A DNA stretch of 64,000 bases from Rhodospirillales bacterium (GTDB lineage Bacteria; Pseudomonadota; Alphaproteobacteria; Bin95): positions 1,664,894-1,728,893 of the forward strand of contig JAYQLI010000035.1 of the NCBI GenBank assembly GCA_038143065.1, read 5' to 3'. A program made the position numbers and the translations under genes. Positions 19,676 to 30,393 of the stretch are shown here, in pieces; the first letter of the stretch is position 1; each line of letters starts with the position of its first letter. Below the pieces are notes generated by a model. It searched no databases and was not told the origin of the DNA. It was given only the letters and a program-made list of their open reading frames with translations.

Positions 19676-21774
19676 TAATTCGTCTCCCCCTTGGCTGTCA
19701 TAACAATGTAATCACGCTCATCGATGTGAGCTTGAAAAGTTGAAGCAACGACAGTCGTTGTCTGAGGTTCAACAATGAGGGCGGGGCCAGAGATCCGAGA
19801 ACCAGGCTTCAACTCAAATCTATCGAAAAGACCAGCGGTCACAAATTCTTGCTGCGTCGCGTCGAACAGCTCCCTCGTCTGAGTTGGCGCCGTAAAATCA
19901 GCATCAAGGACCACCTCTTCCAAACTCTTCGAACTCGAAGACTTCCCAGTAGATACAGTCAAAGTCCAGCTAAGAATTTCTGGTTGCATTCCAGGAACAG
20001 TCTGTCCGTAAAGTGCGGTGTAGGCCTCATTAAAACTCTCAAGAAGATTTTGATTATCTTCTTGAACCAAAGGCCTATCTGGTAGCGGCACAGTAATCTC
20101 ATGCCCCTGACCCACATACCGCATGTAGGCGAGGCGCGTTTCTGTAAGTTTAGCTCCAACAGCTCCCGCCTCGACAACAGCCCTAGCCTCACGGCTCATA
20201 TCCTCTAAAAGTCGGTTAGCTCCATTCGCATCAAAACCATCGAGCCTCGTGTAACGGCTTCTAACTACTTCATATGAAATTGGTGCACGAAGAAAACCAA
20301 CGGCAGATCCCACACCCGCTCCACTCGGAACAATTACTCGATTAAGTCCGAGCTTTTCCGCAAGCCTTGAAGCGTGCAAAGGGGCCGCGCCTCCGAAGGC
20401 AATCATTGTCCGTTCAGCAATATCTTTGCCCCATTCAATCGCATGAACGCGCGCCGCATTAGCCATGTTTTCGTCGACGATTTCAGCAATAGCAAAGGCG
20501 GCTAAGGGTGTAGGCATGTTCAGCGGCCTACCAACTTCGGCATGGATAGCATCTCCCGCCTTTTCTGGAACCAAACGAACATTGCCACCAGCAAAGCGCT
20601 CAGGAGAAATTTTTCCCAAGGTGACATCGGCATCCGTTACAGATGGTTGTGTTCCTCCGAGGTCATAGCATGCCGGTCCAGGATGCGAGCCTGCACTTTC
20701 AGGTCCTACTTCAAGACGCCCCATGCCATCGACATGCGCCAAACTTCCTCCACCCGCACCAATCTCAACCATCTCAATGGCAGGAATGCGTACTGGCAAG
20801 CCACTACCTTTTAGATTTCGATAGGCACGTGCAACTTCAAAAGTACGCGTCGAAAGTGGCTGCCCATCGTCAATTAGACAGATCTTTGCTGTAGTTCCTC
20901 CCATGTCATAGGAAACAACACGGTCAAGACCAGCCTCACCAGCCACCTCTGCCGCAAGAATTGCTCCTCCAGCCGGACCCGACTCGACCAACCTGATTGG
21001 AAAACGAATTGCATTTTCTAACGTCGTCAAACCACCGCCCGACGTCATAAGCAAAAAGGGACAATCAAAACCCATGTCCCTTAATCGGGCATCTAGAGCG
21101 GTAAGATAGGCAGCCATTTTGGGCTGGACATATGCATTAGCGCAGGTTGTGGACTGACGCTCGTACTCACGGATCTCTGGACAAACTTCCGAGGAAATCG
21201 AGACAGGCAAATCGGGAAAGGCCGATTTAACAATTTCACGCACCCGTTCCTCATGAGCAGGGTTCGCGTAAGCGTGCAGTAAGCCGACGGCGAGTGCTTC
21301 GATGTGATACTTTTCAATTAATGGAAGAACTGCTCGGACGCTTTCCTCATCCAACTCAATTAATGGATCACCTGCCACATTCATCCGCTCTCGTACTGGC
21401 CAACGCAGCTCTCTCGGAGCCAGTGGCAAAGGACGATCAATCATGATGTCGTACTGCTCGAAACGGTTTTCTAGCGCCATTTCCACAGCATCACGGTGGC
21501 CTTGAGTAGTTAGGAGAGCAATTTTTGCACCTTTACGCTCAATAATGGCATTTGTGGCCAGTGTGGTTCCGTGGATTAGTAGGCCAACAGCACCAGGAGT
21601 GATATTCGCTTCAGCCAACGCCTTTGCAACGCCATCTAAAACGCCCTCCTCTGGGGCGGATGGAGTGGTTAGAACCTTGGCCGTTGTTTGATTACTGCCA
21701 TGCTGCAAGACCACATCAGTAAAAGTTCCACCTATATCAACTGCAAGACGGACGTCACTTTTAGCCGTTGCCAT
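19675..21774 (-). CDS. Hydantoinase A / 5-oxoprolinase ATP-binding subunit (HyuA family)
   Basis: DIGGTFTD, HGTTLATNAI, ESGPAGG, DMGGTTAK, IGAGGGS, FGGAAPLH. One-base overlap with hyuB. Confidence 0.95.
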   Translation of the reverse strand: MATAKSDVRLAVDIGGTFTDVVLQHGSNQTTAKVLTTPSAPEEGVLDGVAKALAEANITPGAVGLLIHGTTLATNAIIERKGAKIALLTTQGHRDAVEMALENRFEQYDIMIDRPLPLAPRELRWPVRERMNVAGDPLIELDEESVRAVLPLIEKYHIEALAVGLLHAYANPAHEERVREIVKSAFPDLPVSISSEVCPEIREYERQSTTCANAYVQPKMAAYLTALDARLRDMGFDCPFLLMTSGGGLTTLENAIRFPIRLVESGPAGGAILAAEVAGEAGLDRVVSYDMGGTTAKICLIDDGQPLSTRTFEVARAYRNLKGSGLPVRIPAIEMVEIGAGGGSLAHVDGMGRLEVGPESAGSHPGPACYDLGGTQPSVTDADVTLGKISPERFAGGNVRLVPEKAGDAIHAEVGRPLNMPTPLAAFAIAEIVDENMANAARVHAIEWGKDIAERTMIAFGGAAPLHASRLAEKLGLNRVIVPSGAGVGSAVGFLRAPISYEVVRSRYTRLDGFDANGANRLLEDMSREARAVVEAGAVGAKLTETRLAYMRYVGQGHEITVPLPDRPLVQEDNQNLLESFNEAYTALYGQTVPGMQPEILSWTLTVSTGKSSSSKSLEEVVLDADFTAPTQTRELFDATQQEFVTAGLFDRFELKPGSRISGPALIVEPQTTTVVASTFQAHIDERDYIVMTAKGETN

Positions 21775-21864
21775 TCCGCACACCTTCCCTCAGAAGAAAT
21801 TCCGCGCCAGACTGTCGCCTGATGCGCATTGGAGCGCAAGTTTTTGTAGACGAAAAAGGTTAAC

Positions 21865-22515
21865 ATGAAATTTTTTCTGAACCTGGACACAAACATCCTT
21901 CACGATGACGAAGATCGCGTATTTGACCTCATGGCAAGACGATGGCGTCGAGCAGCACCTTCGGCCACCGGAGGAAAACAGATAAATGTCCAGGATGCAT
22001 GTCGATGGCTACAACGACAGGAAGCTCATACAATGCGAGCCCCTATTGCTGTTATTGGTCCTTCAGATACAAGTCCCAGCCAAATTGAAAAGGCGGAGGC
22101 TCTAGGGTCAGGAATTGCCAATCTTGGTCTAGCCCTTCTGTGCGATGGGCGTGCTGGTGTAGCAACCGCTGCAGCTAAAGGCGCAAAAGAAGCTGGCGGT
22201 TCCGTCTTGGGCATTTTTCCAGAAGCTGATTGGCGAGATGCCAATCCGTATGTAACTTTCAGCCTGGCAATTGGACCTGGCTCCGCACCCTACGCAGCGA
22301 TAGCAAATGCAAGCCTCTGTGTATTAGCTGTTGGCGGTGGGTACGACACCCTTTGCGGGATTGCGCACGCAAAGCACTTAGGCCGTAAAACATTCACTAT
22401 TGATGGTGCATCACAAGTAAAAGACTTTCCCGCAATTGATGGCATCGATGAAGCCCTCGATGCCATCTCCAATGTTGCATTAAATACGGACGGTGCAGAA
22501 CCTACTTGGCGCTAG
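21865..22515 (+). CDS. TIGR00725/LOG-like Rossmann-fold protein with N-terminal extension
   Basis: PIAVIGP, AAAKGAKEAGGSVLGIFP, ANPYV, AVGGGYDTL. The canonical GxGTxxE motif is degenerate. Confidence 0.7.
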   Translation: MKFFLNLDTNILHDDEDRVFDLMARRWRRAAPSATGGKQINVQDACRWLQRQEAHTMRAPIAVIGPSDTSPSQIEKAEALGSGIANLGLALLCDGRAGVATAAAKGAKEAGGSVLGIFPEADWRDANPYVTFSLAIGPGSAPYAAIANASLCVLAVGGGYDTLCGIAHAKHLGRKTFTIDGASQVKDFPAIDGIDEALDAISNVALNTDGAEPTWR

Positions 22516-22526
22516 GCTAGAAGCGA

Positions 22527-23714
22527 TCAGGCGGCTCTCTCTATTGCAACTGCCGTGGCTTCACCACCACCAATGCAAATCGCGGCTACACCCTTCTTTA
22601 CGTCATTCTTCTGCATTGCTGTAATCAAGGCTGCAATAATGCGACCTCCAGAAGCACCAACTGGATGGCCGAGAGCGCACGCGCCTCCGTGCACGTTTAC
22701 CTTGTCTGCCGGCAAGTCAAATTCACGCATAGCTGCCATGGGCACTACAGCAAAGGCTTCATTAATTTCGTAGAGGCCCACCTCATCTTTAGACCAGCCT
22801 GTCTTATCGAATAGTTTTTGCATTGCACCTACGGGCGCAGTGGTAAACCAACGCGGGGCCTGGCTGTGAGTGGTATGTGTAACAATAGTAGCTAAAGGTG
22901 TTAGGCCACGTCTTTCAGCTTCCGAGCGACGCATCAGAACAAGAGCGGCTGCACCATCTGAAATGGAAGATGAATTCGCAGGCGTCACAGTGCCGTCCTT
23001 AGAGAAGGCAGGGCGCAAGCTAGGAATCTTTTCAATATTTGCAGAAAAGGGCTGTTCATCCCGTTCTACAGTGACCTCTCCTTTACGAGTTTTGAGAGTA
23101 TAGGGGACTAATTCATCCTTAAATGAGCCGTCCTCATTTGCCTGCTTCGCACGAGTTAAACTCCGGATGGCATACTCATCTTGCTGCTCACGCGTGAACT
23201 GATAATGCTGAGCCGTCGCTTCGGCAAAATGCCCCATTAATTGACCGGGCTCGTATGCATCCTCAAGTCCGTCCCAAAACATGGCATCAAGAAATTGGCC
23301 ATGGCCCATGCGCATCCCATGGCGCGCTTTTTGAACCATGTATGGGATGTTTGTCATGCTCTCAAAACCGCCGGTAACGGCAACATTGATTGAGCCTGCC
23401 ATTAGTCCATCATAGCCTTGCATAGTTGCCTTCATGCCTGAACCACAAAGCTTATTTATTGTGGTAGCTCCTGTAGCTTCGGGGATCCCTGCATAAATTG
23501 ATGCCTGTCTGGCTGGACCCTGGCGTTGCCCGTGAGGAAGAACGCATCCCATTACAACCTCATCAACATCTGCGGATGCTACACCTGCGCGGGATAGCGC
23601 CGCCTTCATGGCAGCTGCTCCCAATTCAGGGCCAGTCGCATCTGCCAGCACACCATTAAAGCCGCCCATTGGGGTGCGGGCCATACCAACGATGACTACG
23701 GGATCTGCGCTCAT
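22527..23714 (-). CDS. Acetyl-CoA C-acyltransferase (thiolase)
   Basis: INKLCGSG, NEAFA, GHPVGASG, CIGGGE. Confidence 0.96.
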   Translation of the reverse strand: MSADPVVIVGMARTPMGGFNGVLADATGPELGAAAMKAALSRAGVASADVDEVVMGCVLPHGQRQGPARQASIYAGIPEATGATTINKLCGSGMKATMQGYDGLMAGSINVAVTGGFESMTNIPYMVQKARHGMRMGHGQFLDAMFWDGLEDAYEPGQLMGHFAEATAQHYQFTREQQDEYAIRSLTRAKQANEDGSFKDELVPYTLKTRKGEVTVERDEQPFSANIEKIPSLRPAFSKDGTVTPANSSSISDGAAALVLMRRSEAERRGLTPLATIVTHTTHSQAPRWFTTAPVGAMQKLFDKTGWSKDEVGLYEINEAFAVVPMAAMREFDLPADKVNVHGGACALGHPVGASGGRIIAALITAMQKNDVKKGVAAICIGGGEATAVAIERAA

Positions 23715-23760
23715 CTTACTCTCCTAAACTAAAAATCTCGAGGGACTATAAGCGGTGGAC

Positions 23761-24264
23761 TTAAAGCTCGCCACCTAATGTTTTTGAATAAAAGTATTCG
23801 ATGGATTTAGAGAGGTCTTCCAACTCTCTGGTTCGGCCATCCTTAAAGTAACCCAAATGCTCATAAAAACTATGCGCGTCCTCAAATCTAGTATCCGTCC
23901 AAAGGACTATCCTTTTTGCTCCACGATCGGCAGCGTGTTCCTCGGCCAAACTCATTAAACTGCTGCCGAGGCCCGCTCGTCGGAGATTTGGATGGATATA
24001 CATTTTTGTTACCTCCCACGCCCCACCAACTTCGCCAGCCGGAGCAACGGCAACTGAGCCAATAACGATATCGTCAGAGAGGGCACACCACGCTATTCCG
24101 CCCTTTTCCTCATAGTCTGAAGAAATCGTATCCAGCCAAGCCATTTCACCATATCTGTCGAAGATGCAGCCCTCATATTCGGACCAACAAAGTTGAATAA
24201 GCTGCCCTACAAGGTCTCCATCCTCATCACGAGCAGGCCTGACTACAATTGTGGTATCGGTCAT
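23761..24264 (-). CDS. GNAT family N-acetyltransferase
   Basis: MYIHPNLRRAGLGSSL (acetyl-CoA motif A) and AHSFYEHLGY. Coupled to mgtE. Confidence 0.9.
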   Translation of the reverse strand: MTDTTIVVRPARDEDGDLVGQLIQLCWSEYEGCIFDRYGEMAWLDTISSDYEEKGGIAWCALSDDIVIGSVAVAPAGEVGGAWEVTKMYIHPNLRRAGLGSSLMSLAEEHAADRGAKRIVLWTDTRFEDAHSFYEHLGYFKDGRTRELEDLSKSIEYFYSKTLGGEL

Positions 24265-25688
24265 CAGAGCAACACTACTGCAGCGAGCCCTAGAAAGGCG
24301 AAAAAGCCGAAAACGTCCGTGACGGTGGTTAGCAAAACCGTGGATGCGATAGCTGGATCCACTTTAATGCGCTCTAAGAATACTGGGATCACTGCCCCGA
24401 AAAAACCTGCCGAGATGAGGTTCCCGATCATCGCTACAGCTATCACAAGACCCAAAACTAGATCAGAAAACCATATTCCGGCCATTATGCCAGCTATAAC
24501 GGCAAGGACAGCGCCATTAACCGCGGCAACTAGCACTTCCTTACCAATGAGCCGCACCGCATTACTGCGTGAGAGTTCACGCGTTGAAAGCGCTCTGACC
24601 ACTACAGTCAATGTTTGCGTTCCAGCATTACCTCCCATAGAGGCGACTATCGGCATTAATACCGCCAGCGCTACAATTTCCTGAATTGTGGCGTCAAAAA
24701 GTGAGATTACCAGCGAGGCGAGCACTGCCGTTATTAAATTTATTAACAGCCAAGGGAAGCGAGATTTCATAGTCTGAAAGGCTGCTCGGTATAAATCGTC
24801 TCCAGAGAGGCCACCGAGCCGCATCACATCCTCTTCATGCTCCTCATCGATAACATCAACAATATCGTCAATGGTAACCACACCGATCAAGCAACCTCGA
24901 CTATCAACGACGGGAGCTGACACAAGATCTTGGCGGCGGAAAACATTAGCGAGAGCCTCCTGGTCCATATCCACTGGCACAGGCGTTAAATCCGTAGACA
25001 TGATATCTTGAACATGAACGCCTCGACGGCTCTTTAAGAGACGCGATAATGGAAGCGCACCCAAGGGCCTATGGCGCGGATCAACGATAAAAATATCATA
25101 AAAATCATCTGGGACGTCTGGACTGGAGCGCATAAAATCAATCGCATCACCAACTGTCCAAAACGCGGGTATGGCAAGCAGCTCACGCTGCATCAGACGA
25201 CCGGCTGACTCTTCCTCGTACTCAAGCCCTCGCCTGATAAGAACACTATCAGCTTCAGGAAGGCGAGCTAGAACCTCTTCGCGCTCATCTTCATCAAGAT
25301 CAGCAATGATCTCGATGGCATCGTCCGTATCGAGTGCACTGACGGCAGTCGCCAATTCTTCCGGCTCAAGATGCTCTAGAACTGCCTCACGCAGATCCTC
25401 GTCGACTTCAGCGAACGTTTCTGGGTCAACAACATCTTTAACAGTGGCAACAAGCGAATCGCGACGTTCGGGGTCTAACGCCTCAAACAAGTCGGCAATG
25501 TCAGCTGCCCACATGTCAGAAACGCTGGCACGGAGCCAAGCCTCATCGCCCGCATCGAGACGCTCAACAACCTCCCCAATAAAACCAGAGGTCACGCCCT
25601 CACGATCAACCGATTCTGAAGAAATTTGCTGTAATTCTGAGCTTTCGTCCGCCCCAGTGGCGGGATTCTCTTCGACCGCCATGGCCAT
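24264..25688 (-). CDS. mgtE: Magnesium transporter MgtE
   Basis: Acidic N-domain, CBS pair (SAGRLM, GVVTIDD), MGGNAGTQ, DPAIAS, TVTDVFGF. Confidence 0.96.
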   Translation of the reverse strand: MAMAVEENPATGADESSELQQISSESVDREGVTSGFIGEVVERLDAGDEAWLRASVSDMWAADIADLFEALDPERRDSLVATVKDVVDPETFAEVDEDLREAVLEHLEPEELATAVSALDTDDAIEIIADLDEDEREEVLARLPEADSVLIRRGLEYEEESAGRLMQRELLAIPAFWTVGDAIDFMRSSPDVPDDFYDIFIVDPRHRPLGALPLSRLLKSRRGVHVQDIMSTDLTPVPVDMDQEALANVFRRQDLVSAPVVDSRGCLIGVVTIDDIVDVIDEEHEEDVMRLGGLSGDDLYRAAFQTMKSRFPWLLINLITAVLASLVISLFDATIQEIVALAVLMPIVASMGGNAGTQTLTVVVRALSTRELSRSNAVRLIGKEVLVAAVNGAVLAVIAGIMAGIWFSDLVLGLVIAVAMIGNLISAGFFGAVIPVFLERIKVDPAIASTVLLTTVTDVFGFFAFLGLAAVVLL

Positions 25689-25723
25689 CTCCGCTTCGCC
25701 AAAGGACTGAAAGCCTAAGTAAA

Positions 25724-25811
25724 TGGTGCGGTCGAGAAGACTCGAACTTCCACGGGATATTATCCCACAGCGACCTCAACGCTGCGCGTCTACCAATTCC
25801 GCCACGACCGC
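25724..25811 (-). tRNA. tRNA-Leu (anticodon GAG)
   Basis: GCGGTCG/CGACCGC acceptor stem with A-CCA, D-loop GGAATTGGTAGAC, anticodon arm CAGCG-TTGAGGT-CGCTG, long variable arm, T-loop TTCGAGT. Confidence 0.97.
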
Positions 25812-25860
25812 TTATGTTCGGTGTAGTAAAAACCTTACCGAAGGTGAGAGCGGATAGCAG

Positions 25861-26532
25861 ATGTGCGATAAGGGATCAAGCAGGCTTCAAATAGATTGGC
25901 GCGTTGATGATAGGGTCATAGCCTATCCAGACGCTGTGGAAGCAATGGAGACACGCGTAGCAGGGATCCGTGATAGCTCTGCATCCGAGTTAATATGGCT
26001 AACCGAGCACCCACCCCTTTACACGGCTGGGTCAAGCGCTGACCCAGCAGAGTTAATAAGTCCAGACCGTTTTCCTGTGTTTCAAACTGGTCGCGGCGGC
26101 AAACACACCTATCACGGTCCTGGACAACGTATCGCCTACGTCATGATGGATCTGAAGGCACGCAACTCGGACGTAAGAAAGTATGTTAGAGCCCTCGAAG
26201 AGTGGATAATTCTTACGCTGGCGCGGTTTGCAGTGAAGGGTGAACGCAGAGAGGGCCGAATCGGTGTCTGGGTAGTTCTTCCAGGAAAACAGGAAGCCAA
26301 AATAGCAGCCATCGGCGTTCGAGTGCGCCGTTGGGTGACCCTGCACGGCCTAAGCATAAACGTCGATCCGGATCTTTCACATTACGGCGGCATAATTCCC
26401 TGCGGCATCAGTGACTTTGGCGTCACGTCCCTTGCGGCCTTGGGCCAGTTTCCAACAATTCCTGAAGTAGACATGGCTCTGAAAGAAACGTTCCCCCAGG
26501 CATTTGCGGAATTTGGGGTTGGTGAAGGATGA
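25861..26532 (+). CDS. lipB: Octanoyltransferase LipB
   Basis: [39 protein letters not shown]. Confidence 0.96.
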   Translation: MCDKGSSRLQIDWRVDDRVIAYPDAVEAMETRVAGIRDSSASELIWLTEHPPLYTAGSSADPAELISPDRFPVFQTGRGGKHTYHGPGQRIAYVMMDLKARNSDVRKYVRALEEWIILTLARFAVKGERREGRIGVWVVLPGKQEAKIAAIGVRVRRWVTLHGLSINVDPDLSHYGGIIPCGISDFGVTSLAALGQFPTIPEVDMALKETFPQAFAEFGVGEG

Positions 26533-26691
26533 CCGTGAACACAGGTCGATAATTTTTAGAAATAATGCAGGGCTTCTGGGCCAAATGCCTCGCGGGTTCC
26601 CCAAAAATTATAATCGCAAACATTTATCTCGCTTATGGACGGCAGACGCCCTACTTACCTAAAATGCTGTCTTAACATTGGAGCAGGCAAA

Positions 26692-28863
26692 ATGGTCGAG
26701 AGAATTTCCGCAGGTGGATTACAAGTTGCTAAACCTCTTCACGATTTTATTCAAACAGAGGCTCTACCTGGGTCAGGCGTCGATGCAACCGCTTTCTGGG
26801 ACGCGTTAGGCAACCTCATTCACGACTTAGCTCCTAAGAACCGTGCACTTCTTGCAAAGCGAGAAGAGCTGCAATAGCAAATAGATAATTGGCACAACGC
26901 TCGCAGGGGTCAGCCTCATGACCACAATGCCTACGTAAAGTTTCTTGGCGAGATTGGGTATCTTGTGCCTGAAGGAGCCGACTTCAATATCGACACGCCA
27001 GATGTTGATGATGAAATCGCGACGATTGCTGGTCCGCAACTTGTAGTTCCAGTTATGAACGCGCGTTATGCTCTCAATGCAGCCAATGCGCGCTGGGGAA
27101 GCCTTTATGATGCGTTGTATGGCACTGATGCAATTTCTGAAGATGACGGCGCAACCCGTGCCGGTGGCTACAATCCAACACGCGGCTCGAAGGTTATAGG
27201 TTGGGCCCGGGAATTCTTGGATGCGTCATGCCCACTTTCTAGTGGCAGCCATAAAGACGCTACTGAATATGTGATAGATAGCAGCACCCTCTCAGTAAAA
27301 ATGAGCGATGGTTCTACTAGTGGTCTGAAAGACGTGGGCGCCTTTGCCGGCTTCAGAGGTGATGCGGCCAACCCTTCTGCAATCCTCTTACGAAATAACA
27401 GCCTTCACGTCGAAATTTCAATCGACCGCAGCCACCCAATTGGCAAAGATGATAAGGCTGGCATTGCTGACGTAGTGTTAGAGTCTGCCATCACAACGAT
27501 CATGGATCTTGAAGATTCAATCGCGGCTGTGGATGCAGAAGACAAGGCTGACGCTTACCGAAATTGGTTAGGTCTGTTGAGTGGCGACCTTGAAGACTCT
27601 TTCGAGAAGGGTGGGTCGATGATGACCCGTAAGCTCAATCCAGACAGAGAGTACAAGGGGGCAGACGGACAAAATCTAACTTTGCCTGGTCGATCCTTGA
27701 TGCTTGTGCGGAATGTTGGCCACCTTATGACCAACCCAGCGGTTCTAGATAGGGATGGCGCAGAAGCACCTGAAGGCCTCCTTGATGCGATGATCACGGG
27801 GCTTATTTCCCTTCATGACGGTAAAGGTGCTAATGGCCTAAAGAATAGCCGCAAGGGTTCTCTTTACGTTGTAAAACCTAAAATGCATGGACCAGAAGAA
27901 GTTGCCTTTGCTAATGAAATTTTTGGTCGTGTCGAAGACGCACTAGGAATGAAGCGCAACACAATCAAGATGGGCATCATGGATGAGGAACGCCGCACAT
28001 CGGCTAACCTCAAAGAGTGTATCCGTGCAGCCAAAAGCCGAGTTGCATTCATCAACACCGGGTTCCTAGACCGCACAGGCGACGAGATGCATACGTCCAT
28101 GGAAGCAGGTCCAATGATCCGAAAGGCAGACATGAAGGGAACCAAATGGATCGCTGCCTACGAAAATAGAAACGTTGATATTGGCATTGAAGCTGGCCTA
28201 CCCGGCCGCGCTCAAATCGGTAAAGGTATGTGGGCGATGCCGGACCTTATGGCCGATATGCTTGATCAAAAAATTGGTCATCCAAAATCAGGTGCCAATA
28301 CGGCTTGGGTACCATCACCAACTGCTGCAACTTTGCACGCGACCCACTACCATCAGGTAAATGTGCCGTCTCTGCAGAAAACATTAGCGTCACGTGGACG
28401 TGGCAGCTTAGATGATATGCTAACCATACCTGTGGCTGATCGACCAAATTGGTCAGACGAAGAAATCCGACAAGAACTAGACAATAATGCCCAAGGAATT
28501 CTTGGATATGTTGTCCGCTGGGTAGACCAAGGTGTTGGCTGCTCTAAAGTTCCTGACATTAATGACATAGGCTTGATGGAAGACCGCGCCACGTGCCGTA
28601 TTTCCAGCCAGCACATTGCAAATTGGCTCCACCATGGTGTTTGTACACGCGAGCAAGTGGAGACAACTATGCAGCGAATGGCTACAGTAGTGGACCGCCA
28701 AAACTCTGGTGATCCAGCTTATAGGCCTATGGCACCAAGCTTTGATGGTGTTGCATACAAGGCCGCGTGCGATCTTGTATTCGAGGGAACCTCCCAGCCA
28801 TCTGGGTACACCGAGCCTGTACTCCACCGTCGTCGCCTCGAGAGAAAGGCGCAGCATAGATAG
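26692..28863 (+). CDS. glcB: Malate synthase G, interrupted by in-frame TAG at 26875-26877
   Basis: [13 protein letters not shown]...KREELQ*QIDNWH...GYLVPEG reads in frame into ORF 26965..28863. [38 protein letters not shown]. Confidence 0.95.
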
Positions 28864-28894
28864 AAGGTAAACACACGACTTTGTTTTAGGCCGC

Positions 28895-29086
28895 CTAGCG
28901 TTTAGTTGAAACTGCGCGAGTGCGTTTCCACGTTAGCGCGGCCATAATACCAGCGCCGACGATTAAGACACCCAAAACACCGAGGCTTATAACAGCATGA
29001 CCGAGGTGTAGGTGTAAATCTACTCCATCATGTGCAGAAGCCACTGTTGGAACAAACAAAGCAGCGAGAGATATCAAACGTTTCAT
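28895..29086 (-). CDS. Small His-containing membrane-anchored protein at the end of the urease operon
   Basis: 63 aa: signal-like N-terminus ending ASA, then HDGVDLHLHLGH, one TM helix and a basic tail. Its ATG overlaps the ureG stop (TAATG). Confidence 0.7.
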   Translation of the reverse strand: MKRLISLAALFVPTVASAHDGVDLHLHLGHAVISLGVLGVLIVGAGIMAALTWKRTRAVSTKR

Positions 29087-29726
29087 TAAGCGGCACTCCC
29101 ATTATGGTTGGCATCTAATCCACCAGCTTCAACAATAAAGTTAACGATAGTTTCAAGGCCTTCGCCTGCTTTCAGGTTTGTAAAGACGAAAGGCCTATCA
29201 CCCCTCATACGCTCAGTATCACTTTTCATGATGTCTAAATTGGCCCCCACCAGAGGCGCCAGATCGGTCTTATTAATAATGAGGAGATCTGAACGGGTGA
29301 TACCTGGCCCTCCTTTCCGTGGAATTTTTTCACCTGCTGCAACGTCAATCACATAAAGGGTTAAGTCAGCCAACTCTGGGCTGAAAGTTGCCGCCAAATT
29401 ATCTCCGCCTGACTCAATGAGGCATAATTCTGCCATTGGAAATTTGCCACTCATGTCTGCGATTGCAGATAAATTAATTGATGCATCCTCACGAATGGCA
29501 GTGTGAGGGCACCCCCAGTTTCAACACCCTCAATTCTTTCAGGTGGCAATGCCCCTGTACGCGTTAGGATCATCTGATCTTCTTTAGTGTAGATATCATT
29601 TGTAATTACAAAGAGATCATAATCATCACGCAATGCCTTACAGAGGGATTCACAAAGCGCTGTTTTGCCAGATCCGACGTGACCACCAATTCCAACCCGA
29701 AGAGGGCCGTGTTGAGACAAGCTCAT
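29086..29726 (-). CDS. ureG: Urease accessory GTPase UreG, frameshifted at G-run ~29512-29516
   Basis: GSGKT, TNDIYT. One extra G restores [33 protein letters not shown]. Confidence 0.95.
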
Positions 29727-30393
29727 GATCTAAAAATCCTCGTGTATTGAGTTTCATGTTTCATCGAGTGAACATCGAGCATTGGAGTTGCAGTCCATAG
29801 GCTCTCAATATCGTCAACCCCTCCACCGCATCTGCAACTGATTGTTCCAGTGATGCAATTGTGCGCTGGCCATCTGTTTGACCGAGAGGCACTAATCTTA
29901 CGCCCGCAGAGACGATATTTGCGATAAAGGCTTGCATGTAGAGGGATAAAGCTACCTCCAGGGGCGCATCATGTACTCCCGCAACAAAACCAGCAGCGAC
30001 AGGCAGTGGTGGACGTATTTTAAGTTCATTCTGGAAGTTAATAATTTCTACTCTTGGCCAAACAGAGGCGATCGTTTTTAAGAAAGCCTCGCCTTGCATA
30101 TCACTTTCAAGTGTCAATTCAGCCGTTGTCGACCATGCTGCCGCTTCACTCGCTAACGCGGCCGCCAACACAGGATAGTTAGCCAATCCGTGAGCTGTTT
30201 TAAAAAATGCCGCCTCTGTTCTTCCAGAGCCAAATAACAAAAGGTCCTGCAGCCACTTGGTTAATGTTGAGCGGTCGAAAACATCGCCAGCCTCGATCGC
30301 CGCTTCTAAGCCGTGGCTGTAGGAAAAAGCACCTATTGGAAAGGCGGGCGAAAACCAAGTCTGCAGTTTGAGTAAGGTTTGGGCATCAATCAT
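29723..30393 (-). CDS. ureF: Urease accessory protein UreF, frameshifted ~29818-29821
   Basis: [28 protein letters not shown]. The shifted frame gives the canonical C-terminus [11 protein letters not shown]. Confidence 0.93.

Noticed and set aside
25724-25811. tRNA-Leu as an integration site for an island or prophage
   Set aside because: I saw no duplicated tRNA 3' end and no integrase, and the flanking mgtE and lipB are core genes.
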